A stretch of 64,000 bases of DNA, taken from Alphaproteobacteria bacterium. GTDB taxonomy: Bacteria; Pseudomonadota; Alphaproteobacteria; UBA8366; GCA-2717185. This document shows, one piece after another, positions 46,206 through 55,784 of the stretch. The notes beneath the pieces are model-generated. The model was not told the DNA's origin, ran no database searches, and worked only from the letters and a program-made list of their open reading frames with translations. The stretch spans positions 65,407-129,406 of the forward strand of contig JAPKDL010000001.1 in NCBI GenBank assembly GCA_028822585.1. Direction: 5' to 3'. Every line of letters starts with the position of its first letter. Positions within the stretch are counted from its first letter, which is position 1. The translations under genes were made by a program, and so were the position numbers.

Positions 46206-47456
46206 GTGACGCCGCCGCGTATGCAGCCGCGTCCCTGGATGACGGCGTCGGAAACGACAGCGGTTTTCAATACCTTGGCCGCTGGCGGCGCGCAGGTGCG
46301 CTTTGTAGGTGGGTGTGTGCGCGATGCGTTAGCCGAGCGCCCGGTGAATGACTTGGATATCGCGACAGACGCCGAACCGATGCAGGTGATTGCCTTAATG
46401 CAGGCGGCCGGATTTAAAACCATTCCACTGGGTCTGGAACATGGCACTGTGATGGTCGTGGTCGGTGTCGAATCGTTTGAAATCACGACATTGAGACAGG
46501 ATATTGAAACCGATGGCCGCCACGCCAAGGTTGAATTCACCGATGATTGGGAGGCGGATGCAGCGCGCCGAGACCTGACGTTTAACGCCCTGTCGCTCGA
46601 TATCGACGGCAATATTTATGATCCTTTTAACGGTGTTGAGGATTTGAAGGTGGGTCATGTGCGGTTCGTCGGAGATGCGACGACAAGGATTCGGGAAGAT
46701 GTCCTTCGCCTTTTGCGATATTATCGATTTTTCGCCTATTTTGGACGTCTGCCGGCGGATTTGGATGCTCGAACCGCCTGTCGCGCGTTGGCACCGGGGC
46801 TTGCGCAGTTGTCTGGAGAACGTGTTCGTGCGGAACTGTTCAAACTATTGGTGGCGCTCGATCCCGTCCCTACCTTGGACATGATGCGTGAGGACGGTGT
46901 GCTGCGCTGGATCATTCAGAGTGATGGTAATATCGAACGCCTCGCACGCCTTGTGGCGGTTGAAATTAAAGACCATACATCAGATCTGATCCGGCGTTTA
47001 TTCGCCTTGTTGTCGGCGGAGTCTGGCGAATTGCGGCGTATAGCGCGGCGCTTGCGGCTTTCAAATTCGGAATTGGATGGCCTTTTACGGTTGGCCGACG
47101 GCGCGGGACAACTTCATGCTCATATGGGATCTGAAGAGCTGCGCCGTCATATATATAGGTTGGGTCCCGCGGCAGTCCGTGATCTGGCGCTTGTGGCCTG
47201 GGCGGATGATGATGCCAATGAAGCTGGTTGGCGGGCGGCGCTGAGCGTGATTAACGATTGGACGCCAGTCGCCATGCCGGTTTCGGGCGCTGATGTGTTG
47301 CGGATCGGCGTCGAATCTGGGGCGTCCGTTGGCGTGTTTTTACACGAAGTCGAAGATTGGTGGATGCTGGGCGACTTCAAAGCAGACAGGGAGTCTTGCC
47401 TTGCCGAATTGGCGCGTATCGTATCAAGTGATGATGGGCAGGTTTCTAATGATTAA
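46206..47456 (+). CDS. cca: CCA tRNA nucleotidyltransferase
   Basis: A poly(A) polymerase head domain (GGCVRDAL...NDLDIAT, RRDLTFNA). GTG start at 46206. 416 aa. Confidence 0.85.
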   Translation: MTPPRMQPRPWMTASETTAVFNTLAAGGAQVRFVGGCVRDALAERPVNDLDIATDAEPMQVIALMQAAGFKTIPLGLEHGTVMVVVGVESFEITTLRQDIETDGRHAKVEFTDDWEADAARRDLTFNALSLDIDGNIYDPFNGVEDLKVGHVRFVGDATTRIREDVLRLLRYYRFFAYFGRLPADLDARTACRALAPGLAQLSGERVRAELFKLLVALDPVPTLDMMREDGVLRWIIQSDGNIERLARLVAVEIKDHTSDLIRRLFALLSAESGELRRIARRLRLSNSELDGLLRLADGAGQLHAHMGSEELRRHIYRLGPAAVRDLALVAWADDDANEAGWRAALSVINDWTPVAMPVSGADVLRIGVESGASVGVFLHEVEDWWMLGDFKADRESCLAELARIVSSDDGQVSND

Positions 47457-47525
47457 ATGCCCGCGTTACGCGTAAAAAGATGGTAATGTGTCGCGTGGAG
47501 GCGTGCTTTATGAGGTTTAGGACAG

Positions 47526-48506
47526 ATGATGATTAGTGATTTCACAATATTCGTATTCGCCATTGTCATTCTTGCGGCGATTTTGGTGTTCGCCGGGGTA
47601 AAAGTCATCCCTCAAGGCACGGAAGCCACGGTGGAACGGTTTGGCCGGTATACAAAAACATTGATGCCGGGGCTGCATTTCATCATTCCCATCATCGACC
47701 GGATCGGGCATCGGATGAACATGATGGAGCAAGTCATGGATGTCCCGACACAGGAGATCATCACGCGGGACAATGCGATGGTGGCGGTTGATGGCGTCGT
47801 GTTTTTTCAAATTCTCGATGCGGCGAAGGCAAGCTACGAAGTTAGGCAGCTCGAAATCGCGACGCTCAATCTCACCATGACCAATATTCGGACGGTCATG
47901 GGGTCGATGGATTTAGATGAATTGCTGTCAAAACGGGATGAAATTAACAGCCGATTATTGTCCGTGGTGGATGAGGCCACATCGCCCTGGGGTGTTAAGA
48001 TAACACGGATTGAAATCAAGGATATCGCGCCGCCACGGGACTTGGTTGATTCGATGGCGCGCCAGATGAAAGCGGAACGCGATAAGCGGGCGAATATCCT
48101 GGAAGCGGAAGGCCAGCGCGCCGCGGAAATTCTGCGCGCGGAAGGTGAAAAACAATCTACGATCCTAGATGCGGAAGGGCGCAAGGAGTCGGCCTTGCGC
48201 GATGCCGAAGCGCGCGAACGCTTGGCCGAAGCGGAAGCCAAAGCGACGGAAATGGTGTCGTCTGCAATTTCCCAAGGGAATGTTCAGGCGATTAATTATT
48301 TCGTCGCGCAAAAATACATCGACGCGTTAAGCAAATTTGCGGATTCACCGAATGAAAAATTGGTGTTTATGCCCCTGGAGGCGTCCGGAATTCTTGGTGC
48401 CATTGGTGGGATCGGCGCGTTGGTAAAAGACGCGCTCAAGGACCAAAATAGCAATGCGCCCACGCCGGGGGCGACCCAGAGCGACGGACCCTGGAATAAT
48501 GACTGA
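47526..48506 (+). CDS. SPFH/band 7 (stomatin-like) protein
   Basis: An N-terminal TM helix is followed by VKVIPQGTEATVERFGRY...RDNAMVAVDGVVFFQI and a C-terminal Ala/Glu-rich coiled region. Confidence 0.9.
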   Translation: MMISDFTIFVFAIVILAAILVFAGVKVIPQGTEATVERFGRYTKTLMPGLHFIIPIIDRIGHRMNMMEQVMDVPTQEIITRDNAMVAVDGVVFFQILDAAKASYEVRQLEIATLNLTMTNIRTVMGSMDLDELLSKRDEINSRLLSVVDEATSPWGVKITRIEIKDIAPPRDLVDSMARQMKAERDKRANILEAEGQRAAEILRAEGEKQSTILDAEGRKESALRDAEARERLAEAEAKATEMVSSAISQGNVQAINYFVAQKYIDALSKFADSPNEKLVFMPLEASGILGAIGGIGALVKDALKDQNSNAPTPGATQSDGPWNND

Positions 48507-48984
48507 ATTTCTGCTTTGGCTGGAAAATGCCAATCATTGGGGATGGGGTATTTTTGGCGTGGCGATGATCGTGCTGGAAATTCTGGCGCCTGGCGCCATC
48601 TTCCTTTGGATGGGCGCCGCCGCGTTTGTCGTCGGGCTGGGCGTCTTCATCTGGCCGGACTTGGAATGGCGCTATCAGTTGCTTATTTTCGCTGCATTGT
48701 CGGTCGCGACCGTCTTCATCGCCCGGCGGTATTTTCGGCGTCACCCCATCGCCACTGACCGCCCGACCTTAAACCGTCGCGGCACGCAATATATTGGCCA
48801 GCGCTTTACGTTGGAGACGCCGGTGATTGATGGTCGCGGCCATCTTCATGTTGATGACACGATGTGGCGCATTATCGGACCTGACCTGCCGGAAGGCGCC
48901 AAAGTGACAGTCACCGACGTCGAGGGCGTCATGTTGCGGGTGGCGTTGGGCGACCCTGAAGTTAGGGCCCAGGACGAAGCCTAG
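48499..48984 (+). CDS. NfeD family membrane protein
   Basis: It overlaps the SPFH gene stop by 8 nt. The protein has TM helices and a C-terminal OB-like domain (GRGHLHVDDTMWRIIGPDLPEGAKV). The track ORF was trimmed to ATG 48499. Confidence 0.85.
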   Translation: MTEFLLWLENANHWGWGIFGVAMIVLEILAPGAIFLWMGAAAFVVGLGVFIWPDLEWRYQLLIFAALSVATVFIARRYFRRHPIATDRPTLNRRGTQYIGQRFTLETPVIDGRGHLHVDDTMWRIIGPDLPEGAKVTVTDVEGVMLRVALGDPEVRAQDEA

Positions 48985-49052
48985 TGGTCAAGTGAATTAA
49001 GTAGTGTTCTGATTCACGAAAGGTTTGAGACCCAAGCGCTTCGATCGGACTA

Positions 49053-49598
49053 CTAACGCTTGGTGAGTTTGGCGCTGACTTCCCGAACAAGGTCCCCATC
49101 ACGTAGTCGCCTAAAGACAAGATCCATACCGAATGCGTTTAGCGTACGTGCGTAGCTTTGCATGCTATATCGACCGGATTTGTCTATCTTCATTATATAG
49201 ACCGTTAGAGTTTGGTCGGTAATTTGCGCCCAGATGTAAGGCTTGCCGGTTAACAGGTCACCGGATCCAACGCCGCGAAACACACCGAACTGATCGGTAT
49301 TGTTAAATACGATATTTTGAGTTCTCCGGCGGGTGTTGGGATTGTTAGGGTCGCCGCCGCCACGAACTATGGTCGTCCAGCGGACAAAAAACGCGCCGCC
49401 GGTATTGTCGGCGCCGATAACAATGTCGAGGTCGCGAGCGGTTGTGCCAAAATAAAGGCTATCTGCGTTTTCAGCGACGCCACTGCCTTGAAAGGCACCG
49501 AAAAACGCAGTGATGGAAAGGTCAGCGGCTTTCGCAGATGTTCCAGCCAAGCATAATATCAGGATTGTGAGAGGACTTAGGATGAATTTTACGATCAT
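49053..49598 (-). CDS. Hypothetical secreted protein
   Basis: 181 aa with a clear signal peptide (MIVKFILSPLTILILCLAGTSAKA/AD). I recognise no family. Confidence 0.6.
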   Translation of the reverse strand: MIVKFILSPLTILILCLAGTSAKAADLSITAFFGAFQGSGVAENADSLYFGTTARDLDIVIGADNTGGAFFVRWTTIVRGGGDPNNPNTRRRTQNIVFNNTDQFGVFRGVGSGDLLTGKPYIWAQITDQTLTVYIMKIDKSGRYSMQSYARTLNAFGMDLVFRRLRDGDLVREVSAKLTKR

Positions 49599-49617
49599 GG
49601 TTGGTTCCTCTAAAAAC

Positions 49618-50478
49618 CTACGGCCAGCGCACTTCTGGCGGCAAGGACATTAATATGGCGTCGGTGTTGCCGCCGGTCATAAGGCCGAATTTCGTACCTC
49701 GGTCATAAAGCAAATTGAATTCGACATAGCGTCCCCGGCGTATTAGTTGGTGGTCCCGTTGCGCCGCTGTCCAGGGGTCGTTCATATGGCGACGTACGAT
49801 TTCAGGATAGGTGTTCAAAAAGGCCAGTCCTACATCCTTCGTGAAGGCGAAATCTGCGTCCCAATCGCCTGAATTTATCTGGTCGTAAAAGATGCCGCCG
49901 ACGCCACGTGGTTCGTTCCGGTGTTTCAAATGGAAATATTCATCGCACCATTTCTTGAAACGATTGTAATAATCATCCCCATGACGGCCGCAAGCTTCGC
50001 GAAACGCGGTGTGAAATTGGTCCGTATCCGCATCGTTGGGGGTCATCGGCGTCAAATCTGCGCCACCGCCAAACCAGTGTTTGGACGTGACTATATGACG
50101 GGTATTCATATGGACGGCGGGAACCAGGGGAGATTGCATATGTGCGACCAAGGATATGCCCGACGCCCAGAATTGACCATCGTCGGCAGCGCCTGAAATC
50201 TCTTTGCGAAAATCTTCGGAAAAGACGCCATGAACTGTTGAGATGTTAACGCCAACTTTTTCGAACACGCGCCCCTTCATGACCGACATGACGCCACCGC
50301 CGCCGTCACTGCCGTCTTCGTTCGTCGGTCGCTTCCAAGCGGTTCGTTCGAATCGCCCCGGCTCACGGTTGGAATAATCACCGGTCAAATCGTCTTCAAT
50401 AGATTCGAATGCCGTGCAAATTTGCTCGCGTAAATCATTGAACCAAGTCTGCGCCGTTGTTTTATGTGATTCGTTCAT
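49618..50478 (-). CDS. hemF: Oxygen-dependent coproporphyrinogen III oxidase
   Basis: [19 protein letters not shown] and the overall 286 aa length match HemF. Confidence 0.9.
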   Translation of the reverse strand: MNESHKTTAQTWFNDLREQICTAFESIEDDLTGDYSNREPGRFERTAWKRPTNEDGSDGGGGVMSVMKGRVFEKVGVNISTVHGVFSEDFRKEISGAADDGQFWASGISLVAHMQSPLVPAVHMNTRHIVTSKHWFGGGADLTPMTPNDADTDQFHTAFREACGRHGDDYYNRFKKWCDEYFHLKHRNEPRGVGGIFYDQINSGDWDADFAFTKDVGLAFLNTYPEIVRRHMNDPWTAAQRDHQLIRRGRYVEFNLLYDRGTKFGLMTGGNTDAILMSLPPEVRWP

Positions 50479-50495
50479 TGGTTTTACGTTGGGCC

Positions 50496-50936
50496 CTAAA
50501 GATTGGTTTGCCGAATGGCTTCACCCAATACCATGGAGAGGGCAAGCGCAACATTCAAGGAACGCGCCTGCGGATGCATGGGAATATGCAATCTAGCGTC
50601 CATCGCATCGTGAACTTCCGGTGGTGCGCCAGCGCTTTCCCGCCCAACAATAAGCGTGTCGGAGTCGGTGAATTGAAATTCGGTATAGACCGTGTCGGCG
50701 CGTGTCGTCAAAAGGATTAACCTGTTAGGGGCGTTGCTTTGAAACTGGCTCCAGGATTGATGGCGAACAACCGATGCCTGATCCAGATAATCCATACCGG
50801 CGCGCCGTAACCGGCGGTCGGACCAAACAAAGCCGCAGGGTTCGATGACATCGACGCCGACGCTTAAACAAGCGGCGAGGCGCAATATGGCACCGGTGTT
50901 TTGTGGAATATCGGGTTGGTAGAGTGCGATGCGCAT
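50496..50936 (-). CDS. trmL: tRNA (cytidine/uridine-2'-O-)-methyltransferase TrmL (SpoU family)
   Basis: [23 protein letters not shown] and SLNVALA are SpoU motifs. The start was trimmed to ATG 50936. Confidence 0.85.
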   Translation of the reverse strand: MRIALYQPDIPQNTGAILRLAACLSVGVDVIEPCGFVWSDRRLRRAGMDYLDQASVVRHQSWSQFQSNAPNRLILLTTRADTVYTEFQFTDSDTLIVGRESAGAPPEVHDAMDARLHIPMHPQARSLNVALALSMVLGEAIRQTNL

Positions 50937-51227
50937 GTTTGATTTTCGATGTGTTTGATTGTGAGGCAGCGGCATTTAGTCGTGCGGTTGAGAATGTATG
51001 ATACAATGCACAAGTATGTACGTTAAAGAATGTTACGTCTTTCCAACGGGATATATTTGCATTATTACCGTCAGCGAATTGTGTCGGTGAATTGACCGAT
51101 GGAATCGTAATGGGTACTCTGTATTGACATGAGTTCGGGGTATTAGAGTGTTATATTTCGGTTTGACCAGATTATAATACTCGAACGTCGCGCTGAAGCG
51201 ATGGTGAACGAGATTGAGGGGGTAGGA

Positions 51228-51779
51228 ATGTCGGAAGCGACCCAGTCGCCGGAGTCCACGGAAGATGACGTAGGTCGCCGGGATTTCCTGGTTTTAGCAA
51301 CAGCGGCGGTGGGAGCGGTTGGCGCTGCGTCTTTCGTGTGGCCTTTGGTGGATTCAATGAACCCGTCGGCGGAAGTCTTGGCACTCTCCAAGATCGAAGT
51401 TGATTTGGGGCCCATTGAAGAAGGACAGAGCATTACCGTTGTCTGGCAGGGAAAACCTGTGTTCATCCGGCGACGTACAAAGGTAGAGATTTCGGCCGCG
51501 GTCAAGGATGACGGCGCCGACCTTCGGCAAAAGGAAAAGGATGCGGATCGCACGCAAAAGCCGGAATGGCTTGTGATGATTGGCATTTGCACCCATCTGG
51601 GCTGTATTCCCCTTGGTCAAAAGGCAGTTGAAACAAAAGGCGAATATGGGGGATGGTTCTGTCCCTGCCATGGATCGCATTATGATACGTCAGGACGAAT
51701 TCGTAAGGGCCCGGCACCATTAAATCTCGAGGTGCCGAAGTACAAATTCCTCGATGATAAATCCATACGTATTGGTTAG
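51228..51779 (+). CDS. petA: Ubiquinol-cytochrome c reductase Rieske iron-sulfur subunit
   Basis: A Tat-like RRDFL leader and the Rieske boxes CTHLGCIP and [12 protein letters not shown] 51228 is preceded by GAGGGGG. Confidence 0.9.
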   Translation: MSEATQSPESTEDDVGRRDFLVLATAAVGAVGAASFVWPLVDSMNPSAEVLALSKIEVDLGPIEEGQSITVVWQGKPVFIRRRTKVEISAAVKDDGADLRQKEKDADRTQKPEWLVMIGICTHLGCIPLGQKAVETKGEYGGWFCPCHGSHYDTSGRIRKGPAPLNLEVPKYKFLDDKSIRIG

Positions 51780-51790
51780 GGGGGTCGTCG

Positions 51791-53062
51791 ATGAGTTCTG
51801 CGCCGCAATGGAAAAACCCGGTGATTCGATGGGTAGATGAACGCCTACCGGTGTTCACCTACATCGATCATGAATACAATCAGTTCCCAGTGCCAAAAAA
51901 CCTGAATTATTTCTGGAATTTTGGTGCTTTGGCCATGATCGTCCTTGTCACCATGGTTGTGACGGGGATCGTGTTGGCCATGCAATATACGCCACATGTG
52001 GACTACGCCTTTGGTAGCGTCGAACGCATCATGCGTGACGTAAATTATGGCTGGTTGATTCGCTATATTCATATGAATGGCGGGTCGATGTTTTTCATCA
52101 TTGTTTACATTCATATATTCCGCGGACTGTATTACGGATCATACAAATCCCCTCGGGAATTGCTGTGGATGTTGGGCGTTGTTATCTTGCTGTTGATGAT
52201 GGCAACGGCCTTTCTGGGATATGTATTACCTTGGGGGCAGATGAGCTTTTGGGGCGCAACGGTTATCACGAATTTGTTTTCCGCATTACCGATAATTGGT
52301 GAACCCATTGTCACGTGGTTGTGGGGTGGTTTTGCGGTAGATAATGCGACCTTGAACCGATTTTTTTCGTTGCATTATTTAATGCCGTTTGTGTTGTTCG
52401 CCGTCGTTGGATTGCACGTCGTGGCGTTGCATGTGACCGGATCAAACAACCCAACAGGGATCGAAATCAAGGGTCCACAGGACTCGGTGCCATTCAACCC
52501 GTATTTCACGGCTAAGGATTCGGTGGGGTTGGGCGTATTTTTAATCTTCTTCGCATACTTTGTCTTCTTCGCGCCGAATTTTTTCGGTGAAGTGGACAAT
52601 TATATCGAAGCGAACCCGATGCAGACTCCGCCTCATATTGTACCCGAATGGTACTTCTTGCCGTTTTACGCAATGTTGCGAGCCATAACCTTTGATGTCT
52701 TCTTTATCCCGGCAAAATTACTGGGTGTCATGGTGATGGGTGCCTCGATTATGATTCTTTTTATTGTGCCATGGCTCGACACATCGAAGGTGCGGAGCGC
52801 CCGGTACCGGCCAGTTTATAAGTGGCTATTTTGGGTGTTGGTCATCGATTGTTTTGTGTTGGGTTATGTTGGCGCTAAACCACCCGAAGGCGTGTTGGTG
52901 CTGATGGGACAGTTGGGGACCGCTTATTACTTTCTCCATTTTCTCGTCATCATGCCGATTGTCGGTAAACTGGAAACGCCCTTACCGTTGCCGGCCAGCA
53001 TTAGTGAGGCGGTTAGCGGCGGCTCAGCAAACAGTTCGCCCTCTGGAATGGAGAAACCGTAA
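51791..53062 (+). CDS. petB: Cytochrome b
   Basis: 423 aa with typical cytochrome b motifs ([28 protein letters not shown]). Confidence 0.95.
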   Translation: MSSAPQWKNPVIRWVDERLPVFTYIDHEYNQFPVPKNLNYFWNFGALAMIVLVTMVVTGIVLAMQYTPHVDYAFGSVERIMRDVNYGWLIRYIHMNGGSMFFIIVYIHIFRGLYYGSYKSPRELLWMLGVVILLLMMATAFLGYVLPWGQMSFWGATVITNLFSALPIIGEPIVTWLWGGFAVDNATLNRFFSLHYLMPFVLFAVVGLHVVALHVTGSNNPTGIEIKGPQDSVPFNPYFTAKDSVGLGVFLIFFAYFVFFAPNFFGEVDNYIEANPMQTPPHIVPEWYFLPFYAMLRAITFDVFFIPAKLLGVMVMGASIMILFIVPWLDTSKVRSARYRPVYKWLFWVLVIDCFVLGYVGAKPPEGVLVLMGQLGTAYYFLHFLVIMPIVGKLETPLPLPASISEAVSGGSANSSPSGMEKP

Positions 53063-53820
53063 TGCGCAAGACCGTAATAGGCGTCGCAGCCGCGGTTCTC
53101 ATCACTATTTCTGGACAAGCGATGGCGTCCGGCGGCATAGAGCTGCCGAAACAGCATTGGTCGTTTGAAGGTATCTTTGGCACGTATGATCGCGGTGAAG
53201 CACAACGTGGTTTGCAGGTCTATAGCGAAGTCTGCGCAGGATGCCATGGATTGTCGCTGATTTATTACCGAAATCTTATGGGGCTGGGATACACCAAAGA
53301 TCAGGTTAAGGCGTTCGCAGCGGAATATGAGGTCGAAGATGGGCCCAATGACGAAGGCGAAATGTACATGCGTCCTGCAAAACCTTCGGATCGCTTTGTG
53401 AATCCGTTTCCGAACGACAAGGCTGCGCGTGCGGGAAATAACGGGGCGCTTCCGCCAGATTTATCTTTGGTCGTTGAGGCCAGGGTCGGTGGGCCTAACT
53501 ATTTATATAATTTGATGGCAGGCTATGTGGAGCCGCCTGCCGGTGTTTCCGTGATGGAGGGGATGAGTTACAATGCTTATTACCCCGGCCATCAAATTGC
53601 GATGCCATCGCCGTTATCAGATGAAGCCGTAGAATACGCCGATGGCACCAAAGCGACGGTCGCCCAAATGGCGCGGGATGTGACGACATTTTTGACATGG
53701 GCGTCCGAACCCAACATGGAAGAACGCAAGGGAATGGGAATTAAGGTCCTGTTGTTTCTGATCGTTTTGACAGGTATGTTGATTGCAGTGAAAAAGAAAA
53801 TCTGGGCCGACGTTCACTAA
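53062..53820 (+). CDS. petC: Cytochrome c1
   Basis: A signal peptide, the heme site CAGCH, and a C-terminal TM anchor. TAATG overlap with petB. Confidence 0.9.
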   Translation: MRKTVIGVAAAVLITISGQAMASGGIELPKQHWSFEGIFGTYDRGEAQRGLQVYSEVCAGCHGLSLIYYRNLMGLGYTKDQVKAFAAEYEVEDGPNDEGEMYMRPAKPSDRFVNPFPNDKAARAGNNGALPPDLSLVVEARVGGPNYLYNLMAGYVEPPAGVSVMEGMSYNAYYPGHQIAMPSPLSDEAVEYADGTKATVAQMARDVTTFLTWASEPNMEERKGMGIKVLLFLIVLTGMLIAVKKKIWADVH

Positions 53821-53876
53821 GTATAAAACCCAGCAGTATTAATCGCTGTTGATTTTTGTTTCCACCGGGAAGCCGA

Positions 53877-53907
53877 CGCGACGATCTTTTCCAGGTCGTC
53901 GTGTTTT
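53877..53907 (+). terminator. Candidate rho-independent terminator after petC
   Basis: An 8 bp stem (53877-53884 with 53896-53903, one G-U pair), an 11 nt loop, then TTTT (53904-53907). Confidence 0.45.
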
Positions 53908-54045
53908 GGCGTTCACCCCAATGTTTTCCGAATTAAATTCGACGCCGCGTAAACAGCCTCTGAATCTCTTGGGCGTCGTAGTATGGTAGTTCGTATGTAT
54001 GACTCTGCTTAAAATAGGCCGATAATTAGAGGATTAATCGGAAAT

Positions 54046-54213
54046 ATGGCGTCGATAGGTAAATTTTATCCCGTAATTCTTTCCGGCGGCTCTGGGTCAC
54101 GCCTGTGGCCGATGTCACGGGCGCATTATCCAAAGCAATTATTGCCCCTGGCGGGCGCGCAAACAATGTTACAGGAAACGGCGCGCCATGTCCGGATTGA
54201 GCGCCTTTTTTGA
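54046..54213 (+). pseudogene. N-terminal fragment of a mannose-1-phosphate guanylyltransferase-like gene
   Basis: [49 protein letters not shown]... matches the nucleotidyltransferase N-terminus (GGxGxRLWP...PKQ). It terminates after 55 codons, and the family-like sequence ends near 54190. Confidence 0.6.
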
Positions 54214-54741
54214 AATGCTTCGCCGTCGTCGACAGTTCCTTGGCGATGCCTTGGCCGCGGTAGCACAAAAGACCCAGAGCGTATCCGCCTTTCCCAATTT
54301 CGCCTCGGAGGTTTCCTTGATTGGCGGCTTGGGTACAGAGGTTCTCGGCCTGGGCGAGGTTTGGTTTTACGCCAAGTCCATCCTAATAAAGGCCGCCTAG
54401 GTTACGCAGCGCTTTTGCGGTTCCCTGGTTCGCCGCTTAGGCAAACCATTCGACGGCTTTTTCATAGATTTCGGAGACGCTTATACTTTCTTCGTAATAG
54501 ACCCCTAAGATGCGCTGTGCTTCAGTATGTTTTTGCAACGCTGCTTTTTCAAGCCGGGAATATACCTTATCCGTGTCTGCCGCCATGTCGAGGCCCGCGT
54601 CGTATAGGCATCCCAGCCAATACTGCGCGTCCCGATTACCGGTTTCCGTGGCTGTGCTGAATTCCGTGTAAGCCGAACCGTCTTCGTATGAGTATTACCA
54701 ACAAGGTATGCAGCAACCCGTCTTGTCGGCTCAACCATCAT
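54186..54741 (-). pseudogene. Decayed Sel1-repeat (SLR/TPR-like) protein gene
   Basis: The minus-strand reading gives Sel1-type repeats: ...DAQYWLGCLYDAGLDM...AQRILGVYYEE...KAVEWFA[TAA 54437-54439]AANQGTAKALRNLGGLY[TAG 54383-54385]DGLGVKPNLAQAENLCTQAANQGN...LGLLCYRGQGIAKE...[12 protein letters not shown] frameshift lies near 54680-54700, between MMVEPTRRVAAYLVGN and YSYEDGS. Confidence 0.55.
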
Positions 54742-54847
54742 TTCCCCTTTGGTCGTCGTTTGCGTAATTGAAATGTATTCGGTGGGACAATATACTCGAT
54801 ATGAGCATAATCAATGCGGCGAAATTCATATTAGATTGGAACGTGTT

Positions 54848-55696
54848 ATGTTGGCCTTGGATTGGGATGAAATAGCGCAGCTCGTTGATATTGCGTTGGC
54901 GGAAGATATTGGCAATGGGGATTTAACCACCTCTGTGGCGATTCCAGACTCGGTTCGGGGTGAATTCATTATGAATGTGAGGCATGCCGTCGTCGTCGCG
55001 GGTATCGATATCGCCGCGTATGTGTTCCGGACCGTCAGTCCGGAATGCGAAATCGACATAATGTCAAAGGATGGCGCGCGGCTGAAGGCTGGCGATACGA
55101 TGGCGCGCATTAGCGGCGAGGCCGCCGGTTTGTTGACGGCGGAACGGACCGCTTTGAATATTCTGCAACTTTTGACCGGAATAGCGACTTACGCGGAACA
55201 GTTCGTTCAGGAAATCAAGGGCACCGGCGCGGTTATGGTGGATACGCGAAAAACCATCCCGGGTTATCGGGCGTTATCTAAATATGCGACCCAATTGGGC
55301 GGTGTGCGAAACCATCGCATTCGTTTGGATGACGGCGTTTTGATTAAGGACAACCATATTAGCGTCGCGGGCAGCGTGACGGCGGCCATCGTTGGTGCGC
55401 AGCAGGGCACCCCGCTATTAACCAAAATCGAAGTAGAATGTGATACTTTGGATCAGGTGTCCGAAGCGATTGACGCTGGCGCCGACATGATTTTGTTGGA
55501 CAATATGAGCGTGGATAATCTGCGGTCCGCTGTCTCGATGTCGGCGGGCCGGGTTCCGTTGGAAGCTTCCGGCGGCGTGACAATAGATACAGTTCGCGCG
55601 ATTGCGGAAACCGGCGTTAATTATATTTCCTCCGGTCGCATTACCCAATCGCCGCCTCCGGCTGATATTGGCATGGATGTGCGCCTTGAATCGTAA
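54848..55696 (+). CDS. nadC: Nicotinate-nucleotide diphosphorylase (carboxylating) / quinolinate phosphoribosyltransferase
   Basis: EDIGNGDLTT, ERTALNILQ, DTRKT.PG.R and the LLDNM motifs are present. The start was trimmed to ATG 54848. Confidence 0.9.
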   Translation: MLALDWDEIAQLVDIALAEDIGNGDLTTSVAIPDSVRGEFIMNVRHAVVVAGIDIAAYVFRTVSPECEIDIMSKDGARLKAGDTMARISGEAAGLLTAERTALNILQLLTGIATYAEQFVQEIKGTGAVMVDTRKTIPGYRALSKYATQLGGVRNHRIRLDDGVLIKDNHISVAGSVTAAIVGAQQGTPLLTKIEVECDTLDQVSEAIDAGADMILLDNMSVDNLRSAVSMSAGRVPLEASGGVTIDTVRAIAETGVNYISSGRITQSPPPADIGMDVRLES

Positions 55697-55784
55697 AATT
55701 AAGTGGGCCTGGCGGGTTTTCTGAAATTTAGCTAAAATGTGCTTTAAAAGCGTAATTTGAAAAATTGATGTTTGGACGCCGCAG

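Noticed and set aside
51100-51200. Sigma-70-type promoter hexamers upstream of petA (TTGACA at 51124-51129, TATAAT at 51173-51178), and similarly TTGACA 36278-36283 upstream of the porin gene.
   Set aside because: The petA hexamers are not spaced 16-18 nt from a matching partner. The porin candidate (TTGACA-N16-CATAGT) is only a moderate match. None can be supported without transcription start-site data.
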